This document shows positions 33,793 to 35,759 of a stretch of DNA of 35,759 nt, in pieces. The notes below the pieces were generated by a model that saw only the letters and a program-made list of their open reading frames with translations, was not told the origin of the DNA and did no database searches. The DNA lies in NCBI GenBank assembly GCA_003647435.1, contig QMMV01000001.1, positions 1 to 35,759 on the forward strand, read 5' to 3'. The DNA comes from Deltaproteobacteria bacterium. Its GTDB lineage: Bacteria > Desulfobacterota > Desulfobacteria > Desulfobacterales > C00003060. Position 1 is the first letter of the stretch, and each line of letters opens with the position of its first letter. Both the position numbers and the translations under genes were made by a program.

Positions 33793-35759
33793 CTACGTCC
33801 GCCCCTCGAAGAGCGAGTATATTATCGGCACAAGGACAAGTGTAACGAGTGTCGAAAGTGAGAGTCCTCCTATTGCGGTTATACCAAAGGGCTGCCACAT
33901 TTCAGCCCCTTCTCCGCGAGAGATCGCCAGCGGGAGCATGCCGAACAGTGTTGTGAAGGTTGTCATCAATACAGGTCGAAGGCGGTGGCGTCCCGCCTGC
34001 TTGATGGCTTCGTGGAGGGTCAGGCCACGCGCCCGCAATATGTTCGTATAATCGACCAACACGATGGCATTATTGACCACCACTCCGATCAGCATGATGG
34101 TGGCCATGAACGACATGATGCTCAACGTTACGCCGCTGAGGTAGAAGGCCCATATCACTCCAGTGAACGCAAAAGGAATGGAAAACGCTATGATGAATGG
34201 AGTCTTTAGGGACTCAAACTGTGATACCATCACCATGTAGACGAGGATCAGCCCGACAACCAGCAGCAACGCCAAGTCATGGAAAGACTTGCGCTGTTCT
34301 TCCACTTCCCCGCCGAAGTCAATCGTCACTCCTGGTGGGACTTCGAGTTTTCGGAGTTCGCGCTCCACGTCCGTCTTTACTTCCCCGAGCGAACGTTTGT
34401 AAACATCCGCTCCAACCGTGACGATCCGTTCGCGGTTCTTCCGCTCGATTTCGACGGGGCCGGTAGAATGCACAATCCGGGCGATGTTCCTGAGCTTCAC
34501 AGACCCGACGTCCGGGTCCATTGACGGGATATCAACTTCCCCGATGTCGTCAAGCGACCGACGGTTCAATTCATCCAGGCGCACGAAAACGTCGAAATCG
34601 TCACCGGCATCGCGGTATTTCGTCGCTTCGAATCCGTAGTAGTTGCTTCGAAGCACCTGCGCGACCGTGGCGATGTTGACGCCCAAGCTGGAGGCCTTCT
34701 GCCTATCCACGACAACGTGGATTTCCTGGCGGGGCTTCTTACGGCTGACCGTGATGTCCACGGCGCCTGGAGTGCGCTCAAATATCTTGCGTACCTGTTC
34801 CGCCAGTCGGTTCGTTACATCCATGTCATGACCGATGATCTCGACCTCTATCTGTTTGCCGGCTCCCATTAATACCTGCTTGATCGGGGTTGTGACCGCG
34901 ATCTTGATGTCCTCGATTCCTGGTATTTTTTGGGCCTCATTACGCAACACTGCCGCGATATCCTTTGCCGATCGCGTTCGGTAGCGTTTCTTGACAAGCT
35001 TCGCGCCTGCCTCGCCACGATTCGGTCCCTCACCGAATCCCAACGCCACTCCAATGCCCTTCTTCGTCTCGCCACACCAAATGAACCGATCCCGCGTTTC
35101 CGGTACAAGACGCGAAAACAAACCGGAGATTCGCTTTGCCACCTGAACGGTCTCTTCCAACCTGGTGCTTTCATCCAGGCTGAACCGTATGCTGATATCG
35201 CCTGAGTCTATGTCCGGAAACAGGTCCGAGCCCATAAACCTCAAAAGACCCAAGCTCGCCACGAAGATCACTATGAGGGAAGCGAGAATCTTCTTCCTGT
35301 GACGCAATGAAGTGGACAGGATACGTTCGTAAACGGCTTCAATGCCCTGAAAAAGACGTTCGCCTAACCGGAACAGAGGGCCCCTCTTTGTGACCTCGAC
35401 AGGCTTGATCCATCTCGAAGCCAACATTGGAGTCAGCGTCAACGCGGTGAAAAGCGAGCCGCCCAACGTGATCGCTACGATGAATGCCAACTGGTCGAAT
35501 ACGATACCGCTGAGGCCCGAGACGAAGATAAGCGGGGCAAACACCGCCACGGTCGTCAGGGTTGACGCGGTGATGGCGGTACCTACTTCGGAAGCACCGA
35601 AAACGGCCGCCTCTTTCGGCCTCTCTCCTCCCTCCTCGACATGCCGGGTGATGTTTTCCAGGACTACGATGGCGTTGTCCACCACCATGCCGATTGCAAT
35701 GGACAGACTCATCAGGGAGATGACATTTATCGTGTAACCTTTCAGGAACAGAAAAATGA
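33793..35759 (-). CDS. RND efflux transporter permease (AcrB/CzcA family), 5' end outside the window
   Basis: SLSIAIGMVVDNAIVVLENI, a large periplasmic loop, and a second TM bundle (IGVVVNNAIVLVDY, RLRPVLMTTFTTLFGMLPLA). The frame stays open to the window edge. Confidence 0.92.
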   Translation of the reverse strand, partial: IFLFLKGYTINVISLMSLSIAIGMVVDNAIVVLENITRHVEEGGERPKEAAVFGASEVGTAITASTLTTVAVFAPLIFVSGLSGIVFDQLAFIVAITLGGSLFTALTLTPMLASRWIKPVEVTKRGPLFRLGERLFQGIEAVYERILSTSLRHRKKILASLIVIFVASLGLLRFMGSDLFPDIDSGDISIRFSLDESTRLEETVQVAKRISGLFSRLVPETRDRFIWCGETKKGIGVALGFGEGPNRGEAGAKLVKKRYRTRSAKDIAAVLRNEAQKIPGIEDIKIAVTTPIKQVLMGAGKQIEVEIIGHDMDVTNRLAEQVRKIFERTPGAVDITVSRKKPRQEIHVVVDRQKASSLGVNIATVAQVLRSNYYGFEATKYRDAGDDFDVFVRLDELNRRSLDDIGEVDIPSMDPDVGSVKLRNIARIVHSTGPVEIERKNRERIVTVGADVYKRSLGEVKTDVERELRKLEVPPGVTIDFGGEVEEQRKSFHDLALLLVVGLILVYMVMVSQFESLKTPFIIAFSIPFAFTGVIWAFYLSGVTLSIMSFMATIMLIGVVVNNAIVLVDYTNILRARGLTLHEAIKQAGRHRLRPVLMTTFTTLFGMLPLAISRGEGAEMWQPFGITAIGGLSLSTLVTLVLVPIIYSLFEGRT

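Noticed and set aside
1-35759. Phosphorothioation (dndA-E / sspA-D) or BREX (pglX, pglZ, brxC) partner genes that would make the large module a known system.
   Set aside because: I found no cysteine desulfurase, DndC/PAPS-reductase-like, DndD/SMC-like, PglZ phosphatase or PglX methyltransferase signatures in any long ORF of this window. They could still lie elsewhere in the genome.

Overview
This 35.8-kb window has housekeeping genes at both edges and a roughly 26-kb accessory/defence island in the middle. The source is probably an anaerobic Desulfobacterota-like genome; that guess rests only on the desulfoferrodoxin gene.

Housekeeping edges:
- Left edge (1-7.4 kb, lower GC): the dTDP-rhamnose operon rfbC-rfbB-rfbD-rfbA, a zinc-ribbon ORF, desulfoferrodoxin, and two divergent response regulators. 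One regulator has lost its N-terminus to an A9 tract.
- Right edge (33.5-35.8 kb): a PII-like small gene and the 3' two-thirds of an RND efflux permease.

Island (about 7.4-33.45 kb). Hand counts of sample lines give about 60% GC, against 35-50% in the flanks. Nearly all genes are on the minus strand. Reading in the direction of transcription:
1. A consensus sigma70 promoter with a 12-bp palindromic operator.
2. An XRE/controller-like HTH, then a complete Type I R-M operon: hsdM, hsdS, a low-GC DUF3644-like gene and hsdR.
3. A truncated SF2-helicase stub.
4. A tightly coupled four-gene module, which I consider the most likely undescribed system:
   - a 1341-aa NERD + dead-kinase + live-kinase + P-loop fusion;
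   - a 610-aa protein with no motif I recognise;
   - a 1690-aa giant with a PD-(D/E)xK-like motif and a C-terminal HerA/FtsK-type ATPase;
   - a DUF4236-TPR protein.
   Its chassis resembles DptFGH (DndFGH) and its head resembles PglW, but no dnd, ssp or pglXZ genes are in the window.

Second theme: a family of short palindromes with conserved ends, CCTG[C/T]CTG ... CAG[G/A]CAGG.
- Five copies sit in frame inside hsdS, hsdM (two copies) and a GGCT-like gene (two copies).
- One copy carries a whole GIY-YIG nuclease ORF, fused in frame into hsdR.
- Two copies head a 115-120-nt structured repeat. These two repeats bracket a 3-kb stretch of decayed defence genes: AbiEi with a truncated AbiEii, and hsdS'/hsdR' remnants around an intact DUF4143 ATPase.

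I found no tRNA, rRNA, CRISPR array, integrase or transposase. All homology calls come from motif recognition by eye and need HMM or BLAST confirmation.
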